Shown here: positions 36,410 to 46,513 of the stretch, one piece after another | Numbering within the stretch: the first letter of the stretch is position 1 | Layout: every line of letters begins with the position of its first letter | IMG/VR virus record: IMGVR_UViG_3300030294_000003 | DNA from: a virus | Lineage: Duplodnaviria > Heunggongvirae > Uroviricota > Caudoviricetes | Strand: one strand, 5' to 3' | DNA length: 64,000 bases | Position numbers and translations under genes: made by a program | The notes under the pieces: model-generated | The model's database searches: none | What the model was told of the DNA's origin: nothing | The model's input: the letters and a program-made list of their open reading frames with translations, nothing else

Positions 36410-38886
36410 TTAATTTCGATTTTATTATTATTTATATTCACATTAAATATATATCCATTTTCTAATTCATTTTCCAAGTATATATCACAAATAACATTTT
36501 CAATTTCATTTTCAATGGCCCTATTGATCTTTCGTGCACCACTGTTTTTATCTGAACCGATTGTTTTAAATAAATAGTCCGTAACATCATCTCCAAATTC
36601 AACATCAAAATTAATCTCATTCAAACGTTTTTTTAATTTACTCAATTCTAACTCGATAATTGATTTTAAGTTGTCTTCGGTTAATGAGTTGAAATAAATA
36701 ACGTCATTAAGTCTACTAATGAATTCTGGCGGAAACTTACCTTTGAGGGCTTTTTCAATTATATTCTTTTTATTATCTTCCACATTTATTTGAAAACCAG
36801 TTCCGCGACCTAATGAAGCCGCATCTTTTGCGCCAACGTTCGATGTCATAATAATAATAACATTTTTAAATGAAACACGAACACCTGTATTATCGGTAGC
36901 AAAACTTTCATCAAAAATCTGTAAAAATATATTATAAACATCATTATGAGCCTTTTCAATTTCATCCAGTAATAATACACAATATGGCTTGTTTTTAATG
37001 GCTTCCGTTAATAAACCACCTTGATCATACCCAACGAATCCACTTCCAGTTCCAACCATCTTATTTACAGCTGTTTGGTCAGAGTATTCGCTCATATCAA
37101 ATCTAACTAAAGCATCTTCACTACCAAATATTTCTTCAGCTAATTTTTTAGCTAAAAAAGTTTTTCCACACCCAGATTCCCCAACAAACATAAAAACTCC
37201 ATTAGGCTTATTTTTTCTACCAAGTCCCATTCGGCTTCTTTTCATGGATTGAGCAACCTTTTTAATCGCTTCCGATTGGCCGATTATACTTTCACCTAAT
37301 TTGTTTTCAATGTTTAAATAACGTTCCTTCTCCGAAGTAGTCAACCTATTAATTGGGACACCTGTCATTTCAGATACAATATTAAACACATCGATTTCAG
37401 TAATTTCTTTAATATTATTCTTAGATTGTGATTTTTTATTTTTTTCTAAATCTACTATCTTACCTTCTATTTCAATACATATTAAATTATAACCATCACC
37501 AATATCAAAATTATTTTCTGAGTATGCTTCTTTGACGTTTAACTTATTTAATTCAAGCTCTTTCTTTAATTCAAAAAGTTCCGATTCATTGTATAGGTTA
37601 GAAACCTTTTTTTCTGAGCCGCATTCGTCCATTATATCAATTGCTGAGTCTGGAAGGTGCCTTTCTGTGATATATTTATTTGCAAGCGTTACACAAGCTC
37701 TAATGGCTTCGTCCGTATAGCTTACATTATGATACTTTTCATAGTATTTTTTTGAATTAAATAATATCTTCTCTGTTTGTTCAATTGTTGTTGAAGTAAT
37801 AACGCTTTTTTGAAATTTTCTGTTTAAAGATGGTTCGTTCTCTATCGAATTTTTATATCCTTTAAAGGATGTCGTTGCTATTAATTGAATATCACCATCT
37901 ATCATGGCCTTTGATAATATACCACCAATATCAGACGCATTATTGGAATTTGATGATAATACAGAATGAATATCATCGATAAATAACATATAATTTTTAT
38001 TGGCTTTTATTTCATTTATAACACCATTCAATCTCTCTTCGAGCATCCCTCTGAATGAAGTACCAGCTATTAAAGATGATAAGTCTAAAGATAAAATTTC
38101 TTTCCCATTAAGAAACATACCCTTACCCTCTTCTATCATATTAGCCAAGCCGTAAATTATAGCACTCTTGCCAACACCCCCATCACCAACTAAAATTATG
38201 TTATTTTTATTTCTTCTACCAAGAATTTTTATTAAACGATTAATTTCAACTTCTCTACCAACTATTTGATCTATTTTACCTTGTTTTGCTAATGTATTTA
38301 AATTAGTACAATACAATTTAATCATATTTGCTTTACCAGATGGTTTATTTTTCTGGCCTTGTATTGTTTCTACATAGCTTTGGTTTGTATTTTCATTTTG
38401 TTCGTCAAATTTGGCTATTTCACCTTGTTTTATAGTATTAATGGTATTGAATAGGTTATCATATTTTAGACCAACGTGAGTTAGTTTTGATATATCTTTA
38501 ACATTTGAAAGTATTGATAATAATACGTGTTCAGACCCTATCTTAATATCGTTTAATTTTTCTTTTTCTGTATTAGCAGCTATTAAACAATTACTAAAAA
38601 CTAAATCGAATCCTATTGATTTTTCAATATTATTTAATACTTTCGGCTTAAAAGTGGTCGCAGATAATTCTTTTAATAATTCAGAAAAATAAACTAACAA
38701 ATCATTTATATCATCTTTTGCTAAAAATTTTATCAACATTTTATATGCTATTGATTGTTTTGATTGCAAAATCGCCAGCATAAAATATTCAATGGTTATC
38801 TTTTTGGTAGGAAAGTCTTCAACTAAATCTTTAGTTACTAATGCCAATACTTTTTTTAATTCAGTTGTATATTTATTTTCTTCCAT
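36406..38886 (-). CDS. clpC: ClpA/ClpC-type AAA+ chaperone ATPase
   Basis: Clp-N-like N-terminus, GDGGVGKS, FIDDIH, GESGCGKT, RFDMSEY, LLDEIEKAH, GARKINR. Confidence 0.9.
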   Translation of the reverse strand: MEENKYTTELKKVLALVTKDLVEDFPTKKITIEYFMLAILQSKQSIAYKMLIKFLAKDDINDLLVYFSELLKELSATTFKPKVLNNIEKSIGFDLVFSNCLIAANTEKEKLNDIKIGSEHVLLSILSNVKDISKLTHVGLKYDNLFNTINTIKQGEIAKFDEQNENTNQSYVETIQGQKNKPSGKANMIKLYCTNLNTLAKQGKIDQIVGREVEINRLIKILGRRNKNNIILVGDGGVGKSAIIYGLANMIEEGKGMFLNGKEILSLDLSSLIAGTSFRGMLEERLNGVINEIKANKNYMLFIDDIHSVLSSNSNNASDIGGILSKAMIDGDIQLIATTSFKGYKNSIENEPSLNRKFQKSVITSTTIEQTEKILFNSKKYYEKYHNVSYTDEAIRACVTLANKYITERHLPDSAIDIMDECGSEKKVSNLYNESELFELKKELELNKLNVKEAYSENNFDIGDGYNLICIEIEGKIVDLEKNKKSQSKNNIKEITEIDVFNIVSEMTGVPINRLTTSEKERYLNIENKLGESIIGQSEAIKKVAQSMKRSRMGLGRKNKPNGVFMFVGESGCGKTFLAKKLAEEIFGSEDALVRFDMSEYSDQTAVNKMVGTGSGFVGYDQGGLLTEAIKNKPYCVLLLDEIEKAHNDVYNIFLQIFDESFATDNTGVRVSFKNVIIIMTSNVGAKDAASLGRGTGFQINVEDNKKNIIEKALKGKFPPEFISRLNDVIYFNSLTEDNLKSIIELELSKLKKRLNEINFDVEFGDDVTDYLFKTIGSDKNSGARKINRAIENEIENVICDIYLENELENGYIFNVNINNNKIEIK

Positions 38887-38889
38887 TAT

Positions 38890-39312
38890 TTAATTTTTTA
38901 ATTCTGTGATCACCTTTTTAATATCATCTTCACTCCAGATTCTTGGGTCTAAAGTACAAATCTCAATACCATAGGGGTGGTCTAAAATGTGTTCTGTTGG
39001 TTTATAACAAGTAATACCCAGGCTACCAATCCTATCAATATAATAAATATTCTTATCTAAATTAAAAGGTAATGAATGATATGTTTTGTAGTCTACCCAA
39101 TCTATATTTAACCCTTTATATTCAACAACTTTTTTGATAATAAAATCTTTTATTTCGTCTATACTATTATAACTATTATCATATTGTTTAATTTCTCTTC
39201 CTTTGGCTGCTTCTTCAAGTGACATTGGTTTTAAAGATGTGATTTCATCTGATAATAATTTTGCTGATATTTTCTTTATTATTGGGAATTGAACCATTTC
39301 AAATTTTTCCAT
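38890..39312 (-). CDS. Hypothetical protein
   Basis: 140-aa ORF after promoter. Confidence 0.6.
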   Translation of the reverse strand: MEKFEMVQFPIIKKISAKLLSDEITSLKPMSLEEAAKGREIKQYDNSYNSIDEIKDFIIKKVVEYKGLNIDWVDYKTYHSLPFNLDKNIYYIDRIGSLGITCYKPTEHILDHPYGIEICTLDPRIWSEDDIKKVITELKN

Positions 39313-39334
39313 TATTTATTTTAATCGTCTCAAA

Positions 39335-39368
39335 ACAAATGTACCGATAAAATGTGAGAAAAGCAAGT
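39335..39368 (-). promoter_or_regulatory. Bacteroidota-type promoter
   Basis: Minus strand ACTTGCTTTTCTCA...GTACATTTGT. Confidence 0.8.
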
Positions 39369-39480
39369 TCTAAACATAAAAATAACGATTTTATTTAACC
39401 TGAATGCTGAACTAAAAATATTTCATACAATTATTTATTTTTTTTAATAATTAAACTATTTATATTAAAATACTAAACAT

Positions 39481-39819
39481 ATGAGTACTAACCCAGAATT
39501 ACTTAAATTATTGGAAGCTAAAATTACTAAATTAGTTAAACAGGCTATTACTGAAGATGAGAAAAAAAGAGGTAACGATAATGTTGAAGTTTCAAAGGAC
39601 TACGAAAAGAAATATAAATCAATTCAAAAAGCTTTAGAGAACGATACAATCAACGCGACGCAAGTAATGTCTAACGCTCTTGGATTTAAATCTGATGATG
39701 ATGCAAAGAGATCTCACGCATTTAAGCAGTTACACCAGAAAAAAACACAGGATGGTACAGGCGTTTATAAATTCTCTGATGAAGAAATCAATAAAATTGC
39801 TGCCGTTTTAGGGGTTTAA
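39481..39819 (+). CDS. Probable late/virion protein
   Basis: Isolated + gene; TATTTATA at 39457-39464; ITE motif near N-terminus. Confidence 0.65.
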   Translation: MSTNPELLKLLEAKITKLVKQAITEDEKKRGNDNVEVSKDYEKKYKSIQKALENDTINATQVMSNALGFKSDDDAKRSHAFKQLHQKKTQDGTGVYKFSDEEINKIAAVLGV

Positions 39820-39843
39820 CCATCCTGGAATTAAATATTAAAA

Positions 39844-39884
39844 TAATAATAGCTCATAAGATTTATTTTTATGAGCTATTATTA
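39844..39884. terminator. Bidirectional terminator
   Basis: 16-bp stem TAATAATAGCTCATAA/TTATGAGCTATTATTA between convergent genes. Confidence 0.75.
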
Positions 39885-39904
39885 GTTTTATTAGTAATCA
39901 TTAA

Positions 39905-40198
39905 TTATAGAAATGTTCCACTCACATGATACACTGGCCCATAATTAGGGTTATTTTTTAATTTTATTATATATTCTTCAAGCGCTTTTTTCCAGAAAAC
40001 TCTAGTATACATTCTACCATTTCCAAAAGTTATATATTCACTATCTTTTTTATTAATAATATCTTCAAATGTAATTAACAACCCATCTTCCAATTCGGTT
40101 TTAATAATTTGCTTTCCTTCTGGTACATTAATTTCAAATAATTCACTTGTGGATTTCGATTTTGTGGTTGTATAAATATAATTTGGGTTTAAACTCAT
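39905..40198 (-). CDS. Hypothetical protein
   Basis: 97-aa ORF. Confidence 0.55.
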   Translation of the reverse strand: MSLNPNYIYTTTKSKSTSELFEINVPEGKQIIKTELEDGLLITFEDIINKKDSEYITFGNGRMYTRVFWKKALEEYIIKLKNNPNYGPVYHVSGTFL

Positions 40199-40210
40199 TT
40201 TACTATATAT

Positions 40211-40528
40211 TTATTTGTTTGGTACTATCTTATGTAATGTATTTAATGTGTTATCAAGTGTTCTATTCGCTGATTCAATAATAAATAATAAATCATTTAA
40301 TCTATTTATGACATAATAATCATCAATTTTATCATGTATTGTTATTTCACTCTCATCCATTGGGGCAATTAGGCCGACAATGCCTTCTATGTCTGTGGAT
40401 AGACTACAATTTTTATTTACAGCCGTTGATAGTTTACAAATGAAATCCCCCAATAAGGTATTATCCGCAAGTTCTAAATTAGGCTCATTTTTTGTACGTA
40501 CTTTTTGTCTATCAAAATCTTTTTCCAT
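40211..40528 (-). CDS. Hypothetical protein
   Basis: 105-aa ORF. Confidence 0.6.
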   Translation of the reverse strand: MEKDFDRQKVRTKNEPNLELADNTLLGDFICKLSTAVNKNCSLSTDIEGIVGLIAPMDESEITIHDKIDDYYVINRLNDLLFIIESANRTLDNTLNTLHKIVPNK

Positions 40529-40547
40529 ATTTGTATTTATTTATTAT

Positions 40548-40952
40548 TTAATTGTTTAATTCAATAGCTTCATCGTAAAATAACCTATCATCATCCAACG
40601 ACACATTTGTTAATTCGAATACTTGTTTTTTTGTTAAAAGAATAATATCACCTAACACATCAGTTGGTATTAAATTTGAAAAGATAATACTACTGTAGTC
40701 AATTGGGTCCCAGAGGTAATCACCAATAATATAACTATCTTCAGCTTCCTCTATCGATAATGGCGAAATTAATTCACTCTCATCTTCAATGATGGCTGGT
40801 AAATTCGTGTGTGTAATATAAATTGGATTATTATCATTTTCATCTTTTTTGAAAATAACCGAATTAAAAATTGTAACCTCCAATGGGTTGATAACTAAAT
40901 TTTTAATAATCCCAAATCGTTCTGAGCCAAAAATCTTTTCTAAATCTTTCAT
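40548..40952 (-). CDS. Hypothetical acidic protein
   Basis: 134-aa ORF. Confidence 0.6.
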   Translation of the reverse strand: MKDLEKIFGSERFGIIKNLVINPLEVTIFNSVIFKKDENDNNPIYITHTNLPAIIEDESELISPLSIEEAEDSYIIGDYLWDPIDYSSIIFSNLIPTDVLGDIILLTKKQVFELTNVSLDDDRLFYDEAIELNN

Positions 40953-40985
40953 TTGTAATTTTTTTAATTATTTATTTGTTCGGAA

Positions 40986-41255
40986 CTATTTTTTTATTAT
41001 GTTTAATAAATTTTCTTCAATTAATTTGATTTCATCGTTTACTCTATTAAATTCATCTTCTGAAACTATAAATTTAGGATAAACACACTCTATACGGGAT
41101 TCACCATAAATTGGTATGATGTGTTGAATGATATTACCACCCAATTTCGTATATTTTAAAACGGAGCCCATATATTCTGGAATATCAAAAGCATCAAGCA
41201 TACTGATATCAACATAAATGACTAATATAACTGTCTCTTTATTGAATGTTTTCAT
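40986..41255 (-). CDS. Hypothetical protein
   Basis: 89-aa ORF, SRIEC..P motif. Confidence 0.65.
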   Translation of the reverse strand: MKTFNKETVILVIYVDISMLDAFDIPEYMGSVLKYTKLGGNIIQHIIPIYGESRIECVYPKFIVSEDEFNRVNDEIKLIEENLLNIIKK

Positions 41256-41647
41256 TATAAAATTTTTGATGATGAAAATGTTAGGTTTTTATTTTCTTTT
41301 GAAATTAACACATCTGTTAATTCGAAAATATATTCATTTGAAACCATTAATAATCTTTCAAAATTTTCATTGGTAGCTATTGGGCTGAATATTTTGATAG
41401 GGTTATAATAACCTAAACCTGTTGGAAAATAACCAATTGTCTCATCTGTTATTTGTTTTGTTTCAATGTCCAGCTCAAAGGATGGGAATGAATCGTGATT
41501 AACAAAATATACTGTATCAGATTCTTTATTATCAAGGGATAATAGGACGGAATTATAATTTTCTGTTTTAATATTTAATAAATTTTGAATACCTTTATTC
41601 AATCTATTATATTGCTCTAAACCAATGACTTCTTCTAATTTTTCCAT
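41255..41647 (-). CDS. Hypothetical protein
   Basis: 130-aa ORF after promoter. Confidence 0.6.
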   Translation of the reverse strand: MEKLEEVIGLEQYNRLNKGIQNLLNIKTENYNSVLLSLDNKESDTVYFVNHDSFPSFELDIETKQITDETIGYFPTGLGYYNPIKIFSPIATNENFERLLMVSNEYIFELTDVLISKENKNLTFSSSKIL

Positions 41648-41674
41648 AGTTATAAATAATTTTAATCTTTCAAA

Positions 41675-41708
41675 ACAAATATACGAATAATATTTATAAA
41701 AAACAAGT
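41675..41708 (-). promoter_or_regulatory. Bacteroidota-type promoter
   Basis: Minus strand ACTTGTTTTT...GTATATTTGT. Confidence 0.8.
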
Positions 41709-41813
41709 TTTACTTGTGTTAAATTATATTAAATAAAAAATAAATGAAAATAATTTTTTAAAAACTGGTCAAAAACTAAAATTGTATATATTTATAATAA
41801 ACAATAAAAACAA

Positions 41814-41954
41814 ATGAATAAAGAAAAAACAATTTTAGTTAGAATTGATGAAGAGCTATATCTTTCAATCCGTAAATGGTGTAAGGAAAATGGCGTTAAT
41901 CTAAGCCAAAATATTAGAAATTATTTGGTTAAAGAAATAGAAAAAAGTAAATAG
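41814..41954 (+). CDS. Small ribbon-helix-helix protein, not in ORF track
   Basis: MNKEKTILVRIDEELYLSIRKWCKENGVNLSQNIRNYLVKEIEKSK; TATTTATA at 41789-41796. Confidence 0.8.
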   Translation: MNKEKTILVRIDEELYLSIRKWCKENGVNLSQNIRNYLVKEIEKSK

Positions 41955-41963
41955 GTTTAAAGG

Positions 41964-43067
41964 ATGGGAAAAGCTTCAAATATAAGTGATTTTATTATAA
42001 AAGCAAAACTTAAACACGGAAATAAATATGATTATTCTTTAGTTGAATATTTAAATTGCGATACGCCAGTAAAAATAATTTGCCCAAAACATGGAATATT
42101 TGAGCAAAAGCCTTACTTACATATTAACAAGGGTTCTGGATGTCCAAGATGCTTGGGATATTATAGAACGACAGAAGAGTTTATAGAAATATCTAATATT
42201 AAGCATAATTATAAATATGATTATTCTCCAACAATTTATATTGATTCTGAGACTAAACTTAACATTTGTTGTCCTATAATTAGTCATGGTATTTTTTCAC
42301 AGAGACCACTTGACCATCTTTCTGGTAAGGGATGTCCAGTTTGTGGGGGAAATATTAGAAAAACGACAGAACAATTCATTTTTGAATCAAATATTAAGCA
42401 TAATTTTAAATACGATTATTCTTTAACCAATTATAAGAATAACAAAGAAAAAGTTAATATTATTTGTCCAGAACACGGTATGTTTAGTCAGACTCCAAGT
42501 AATCATTTAAAATATGGCTGTATTGAATGTGCTGGAACTAATAACTATACAACTGAAGAGTTTATTGAAAAAGCAAATTTGAAACATAATTATAGATATG
42601 ATTACACCTTAGTTAATTACACAAATGCAAAGATAAAAATACCAATTATTTGCCCAAATGAAAGTCATGGTATGTTTATGCAAACACCACATGGACATCT
42701 TTCTGGTAAGGGGTGTCCAAAATGTAAGTTTTCGAGAAACGCAATAGAAATTAAAAATTTGCTTGATAAAGAAAATATTGAATATATTTTAGAGTATAGA
42801 TTTAGCGATTGTCGAAATATTAATCCGTTACCATTTGATTTTTATATACCATCGTTAAATACTTGTATTGAATATAATGGAGAACAACATTATATACCAG
42901 TATTAATATTTAATGGTAGTAAAGGATTTGAATCTCAACAAATAAGAGATAAAATAAAAATTAATTACTGTAAGGATAACAAAATACCTTTACTTATCAT
43001 TAAATTTGATGAAAATATAGAAGAAAAGTTGTTTGAATTTGGTATAATAAAAAAGGAGAGTGTTTAG
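41964..43067 (+). CDS. CPxHG-repeat endonuclease with C-terminal Vsr/DUF559-like domain
   Basis: Four repeats; tail LPFDFYIPSLNTCIEYNGEQHY, paralogous to 9231-10517. Confidence 0.8.
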   Translation: MGKASNISDFIIKAKLKHGNKYDYSLVEYLNCDTPVKIICPKHGIFEQKPYLHINKGSGCPRCLGYYRTTEEFIEISNIKHNYKYDYSPTIYIDSETKLNICCPIISHGIFSQRPLDHLSGKGCPVCGGNIRKTTEQFIFESNIKHNFKYDYSLTNYKNNKEKVNIICPEHGMFSQTPSNHLKYGCIECAGTNNYTTEEFIEKANLKHNYRYDYTLVNYTNAKIKIPIICPNESHGMFMQTPHGHLSGKGCPKCKFSRNAIEIKNLLDKENIEYILEYRFSDCRNINPLPFDFYIPSLNTCIEYNGEQHYIPVLIFNGSKGFESQQIRDKIKINYCKDNKIPLLIIKFDENIEEKLFEFGIIKKESV

Positions 43068-43080
43068 TTCTCCTTTTTTT
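43049..43080. terminator. Bidirectional terminator
   Basis: AAAAAAGGAGA...TCTCCTTTTTT between convergent genes. Confidence 0.75.
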
Positions 43081-43088
43081 ATTTTAAA

Positions 43089-44654
43089 TTATTTTAATAT
43101 TGTATATTCAGAATTTGGTCCCAAATAAAAAATATGTTGAAATTTTCCATCGTTATGTAAAATAATATCACTATGAACCCAAGCGCTTGCTGAGTGGTTA
43201 TATCCTAATCGTTTATCACAATTACACCCCACCTGGGCACTACCATCATATCTAAGTGCATTATGTCCATGTGCTGTAATAACCTTTATATTTAGCGATT
43301 TAAATTGTTTGGCGTTGCCTCGTGAACCTCCAATCCCATCAGATCCATGACAAGCAAGTTCCACTCCTTTAACAATATAACTATCATCTCTACCAAAACA
43401 TTTAATTTCTGGAAATCTTTTTTCGATAATATAAGCTAACAGTCCTTTTGGTGCTTTATCTTCTAATAAGACTTTTGCATATTCTAAATATTGTAGTGTG
43501 TTCATACCAGCTTTTTTAATATCACTATCAATAATAAATGATTCTAAAAAACGATCATGATTTGAGTTTACAATTCGAATATTTAAATGTTTGATTTTTT
43601 CTAAAAACTGCATTGCACCTTCAATTTCTTTTTCGACTGATCCTAATCCATCTTCCTGATTTCTAAAAACTTTAACGAAATTATTGGCTTCATGATGGTT
43701 AATTGATCTAAAATCTATTAAATCATGTAAAAATATTTCATTTGGGTTTAATTTTGGTACTAAATCTTCAAATCCCATTCTGTGAACATTTTTATCTACA
43801 AATGGATAATGCGTATCCCCTTTTATTAATGCTGGCACACTTTTATTTCTTGAAATATTTTCATTATCTACGTGATACCATAAATCATTGAATGAACCAT
43901 TATCTTTTCCAGTTATTTGTCTCGCATAAAATTCTTTACCATCTTTTTCAATTAATAATGCACCATACGTTGAATGGAATTCTGAAATTTTTCCAATTTT
44001 TGTTTTTGTGAAATTAGGTTTTGATAAAGTACCTGTTGTGAACATTAACTTTGGCCTATCACCAAATACTGGCAAACTTTTCATATGTATCCTTGGGCTT
44101 GCAACACAACACGAGTGTTCTCCTGTCATACTTTCCAAATTGGTTAATGGCATAATTGCTGTTGGTGAAATAACAACATCTGAAAGTATTGAGAAATTTT
44201 CATTTATATTGTGCCTATTTAATGTTAAGTAGTCTTCAACTTCTTTTGGCCACCACATATCACCATCTTCTTTAATCACCAATGGGTTTGTTGGGTTATG
44301 ATATGTGTATGGAATTACAAGTATCTGCGCATCTAAATATTCAGCGTATGTTTTTAAATTATTCCAAAAACTTAAATTAATCTTACTGGCATTTTGTACG
44401 GCTGTAATTAAAAAGAATTTTTTATCGCTATTTAATTCCTTCGTTTTGGCTACTTCTAATTGTTCTGTTGAAACAGTTCCTTCCACTCTTTCTTTCAAAC
44501 CAAGTTTTTCACTACACCACCTACGTAATTGTCTTTCTGAAATTGAAAATTTATTACAAAGATCAACCATTCTATCGTCCCAACTAAGATCTTTATTCTT
44601 ATAAACACTTGCAATATATTCCTTATCCTCTTCTGTTAATTTCTTAAATTTCAT
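43089..44654 (-). CDS. Large metallophosphoesterase-like protein with N-terminal HTH-like segment
   Basis: GDTH, LHDLIDF, SNHD, CHG, AHGH motifs; N-terminal CNKFSISERQLRRW. Confidence 0.7.
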   Translation of the reverse strand: MKFKKLTEEDKEYIASVYKNKDLSWDDRMVDLCNKFSISERQLRRWCSEKLGLKERVEGTVSTEQLEVAKTKELNSDKKFFLITAVQNASKINLSFWNNLKTYAEYLDAQILVIPYTYHNPTNPLVIKEDGDMWWPKEVEDYLTLNRHNINENFSILSDVVISPTAIMPLTNLESMTGEHSCCVASPRIHMKSLPVFGDRPKLMFTTGTLSKPNFTKTKIGKISEFHSTYGALLIEKDGKEFYARQITGKDNGSFNDLWYHVDNENISRNKSVPALIKGDTHYPFVDKNVHRMGFEDLVPKLNPNEIFLHDLIDFRSINHHEANNFVKVFRNQEDGLGSVEKEIEGAMQFLEKIKHLNIRIVNSNHDRFLESFIIDSDIKKAGMNTLQYLEYAKVLLEDKAPKGLLAYIIEKRFPEIKCFGRDDSYIVKGVELACHGSDGIGGSRGNAKQFKSLNIKVITAHGHNALRYDGSAQVGCNCDKRLGYNHSASAWVHSDIILHNDGKFQHIFYLGPNSEYTILK

Positions 44655-44677
44655 TCTTAATTTTGTTTTTAACTTCT

Positions 44678-45043
44678 TTATTTTAGTTTTAATAAATTAC
44701 CCATTACATGGTTATTAATTGATGTAGCCATTTCCCAACCTAATCTATCTTCCATAAACTTAAATTCTGGCATATTATCCATTTGTTCTGTTGTGATCGG
44801 AAACTCATCTTCTATTATTTCTCGTTGTATATTAACCATCCCAGCTTGACATATTGTATACATTTCATATAGTTCAGCCTCAGTTGCTTCAATTAGCTGA
44901 CTAAAATACCACTCCCAATGATCACCAATCCCACCAACATAAGTACCATATTTTTTAATTAATGGGTGTTCGAAAGCTCCATAATGTGGTTCAGTACCTT
45001 TAACTAGCGATAATAACCCTTTTTTATCTAAATATACGATCAT
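44678..45043 (-). CDS. Hypothetical protein
   Basis: Start MIVYLDK at ATGA overlap with upstream stop. Confidence 0.6.
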   Translation of the reverse strand: MIVYLDKKGLLSLVKGTEPHYGAFEHPLIKKYGTYVGGIGDHWEWYFSQLIEATEAELYEMYTICQAGMVNIQREIIEDEFPITTEQMDNMPEFKFMEDRLGWEMATSINNHVMGNLLKLK

Positions 45044-45426
45044 AATTCGCAAATGTCTTCAGTTCTGTTTAGTAACTCTTTTTTCTCAATATCAATCTCA
45101 TCAATTCTATTTCTAATATCAATTAATAATTTTGTCTTTAATTCTGTAATCGTAGGTGCAAAGACTGGAAACCCATTATCTATAACATTTCCGTCATTTG
45201 AAAATATATAATCTAAATTATCACAAATTCTATAGGAATATATTTCAACCTCATTAAATATTAATTCTTCAATATTAAATTTTTGTTCATCAAAACAGTA
45301 CCATTTATTACTTTTTAATAATTTTATATGTGTTGGTGAACGATTGGTAGCAAATAATTCTATATTTTCTGATAGCCATTCTTTATCTAATAATTTAGAT
45401 ACATCCTCTAATTCTATTGTTTTCAT
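45040..45426 (-). CDS. Hypothetical protein
   Basis: 128-aa ORF. Confidence 0.6.
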   Translation of the reverse strand: MKTIELEDVSKLLDKEWLSENIELFATNRSPTHIKLLKSNKWYCFDEQKFNIEELIFNEVEIYSYRICDNLDYIFSNDGNVIDNGFPVFAPTITELKTKLLIDIRNRIDEIDIEKKELLNRTEDICEL

Positions 45427-45433
45427 TTTTTAT

Positions 45434-45844
45434 TTAATTTATTGATTGGTATTTATTAAATAATTCACTTAAAGTTACTCTGTTTTGTTGGGCTAAGTCT
45501 ACTGTTAGAGCACAAATATTCCTTTCAGATGATAGGTCCAATTCGGTGTTTATATATTCAATTAAATTACTATATTTATTAATAATATTAGCTCCTTTCC
45601 AAGCATAAATCCAGTGCCCATTAATAGAAAATCGTTTATTGACTGATCCTATATTTGACCCTTCGCTATATCTCCACCAGCCCCAATTGCCTTCCCAGAT
45701 TTGATCATCTAACGCTTCTAACTTATTATATTCGATATCTTCTAATTCCCATACTTGGTAATAACCACCATTGTGAGTTTTGCTGGCTTCAATTCCCAGT
45801 ATTTTAAATGTTAAGTCTAAATTTCCACCTATTATTTCTTTCAT
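45434..45844 (-). CDS. Conserved hypothetical protein
   Basis: WGWWRYSEGSN motif. Confidence 0.65.
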   Translation of the reverse strand: MKEIIGGNLDLTFKILGIEASKTHNGGYYQVWELEDIEYNKLEALDDQIWEGNWGWWRYSEGSNIGSVNKRFSINGHWIYAWKGANIINKYSNLIEYINTELDLSSERNICALTVDLAQQNRVTLSELFNKYQSIN

Positions 45845-46185
45845 TACGACATACCCTCCCCATTTAAATATCTTGAAGCAATATAATCAGAATCAAAACA
45901 ATTCAAACCATCGGGAGGGATTGGTAACGTATATTCTTCATTATCCACATCCAATTTCCACTGACCATCACTTCCAAACGGAATATACCAGTTGTTATGT
46001 ACCCAATCTAAAAAATCTGATAACTCTTCTTTTTTATTAATACTGATAGACAACTCTCCAGCCCATTCAAATTTACCTTTATATTTATCATAATCTAAAA
46101 TACCTAAATCACCACCACTTGCAATAAACGTTGTATTCAAATGTGTGTTTAAAATAATTGTTTTTCCTGGTTTTATTTCTTCCAT
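45844..46185 (-). CDS. Hypothetical protein
   Basis: 113-aa ORF. Confidence 0.6.
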   Translation of the reverse strand: MEEIKPGKTIILNTHLNTTFIASGGDLGILDYDKYKGKFEWAGELSISINKKEELSDFLDWVHNNWYIPFGSDGQWKLDVDNEEYTLPIPPDGLNCFDSDYIASRYLNGEGMS

Positions 46186-46187
46186 TT

Positions 46188-46505
46188 TTATAAATTATTA
46201 AAATATTCTTCTAAATCTCCCATTAATTGACCTATTCCGCTCAAAAGTGAGTATTTATCAATAAAATCAATTTCATTTATATCACCCGCTAATTCTGATA
46301 TTGCTGTATCACCCAAAAATTCAGGATATAAATAAAAAAAGTAGCCAGCTGATTTACTTATTTTTTTAACCCATTTTTCTGGATAACTTTCTTTTTCTTG
46401 TCTGTTAACACAACCATTATCCAATTGTATTAAAACCATTAATTCTTTTGCTATTTCAATATCACCATCGTCTGATAAATATTCTTCAAATGTCACTTTT
46501 TTCAT
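46188..46505 (-). CDS. Hypothetical protein
   Basis: 105-aa ORF. Confidence 0.6.
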   Translation of the reverse strand: MKKVTFEEYLSDDGDIEIAKELMVLIQLDNGCVNRQEKESYPEKWVKKISKSAGYFFYLYPEFLGDTAISELAGDINEIDFIDKYSLLSGIGQLMGDLEEYFNNL

Positions 46506-46513
46506 ATTATTAT

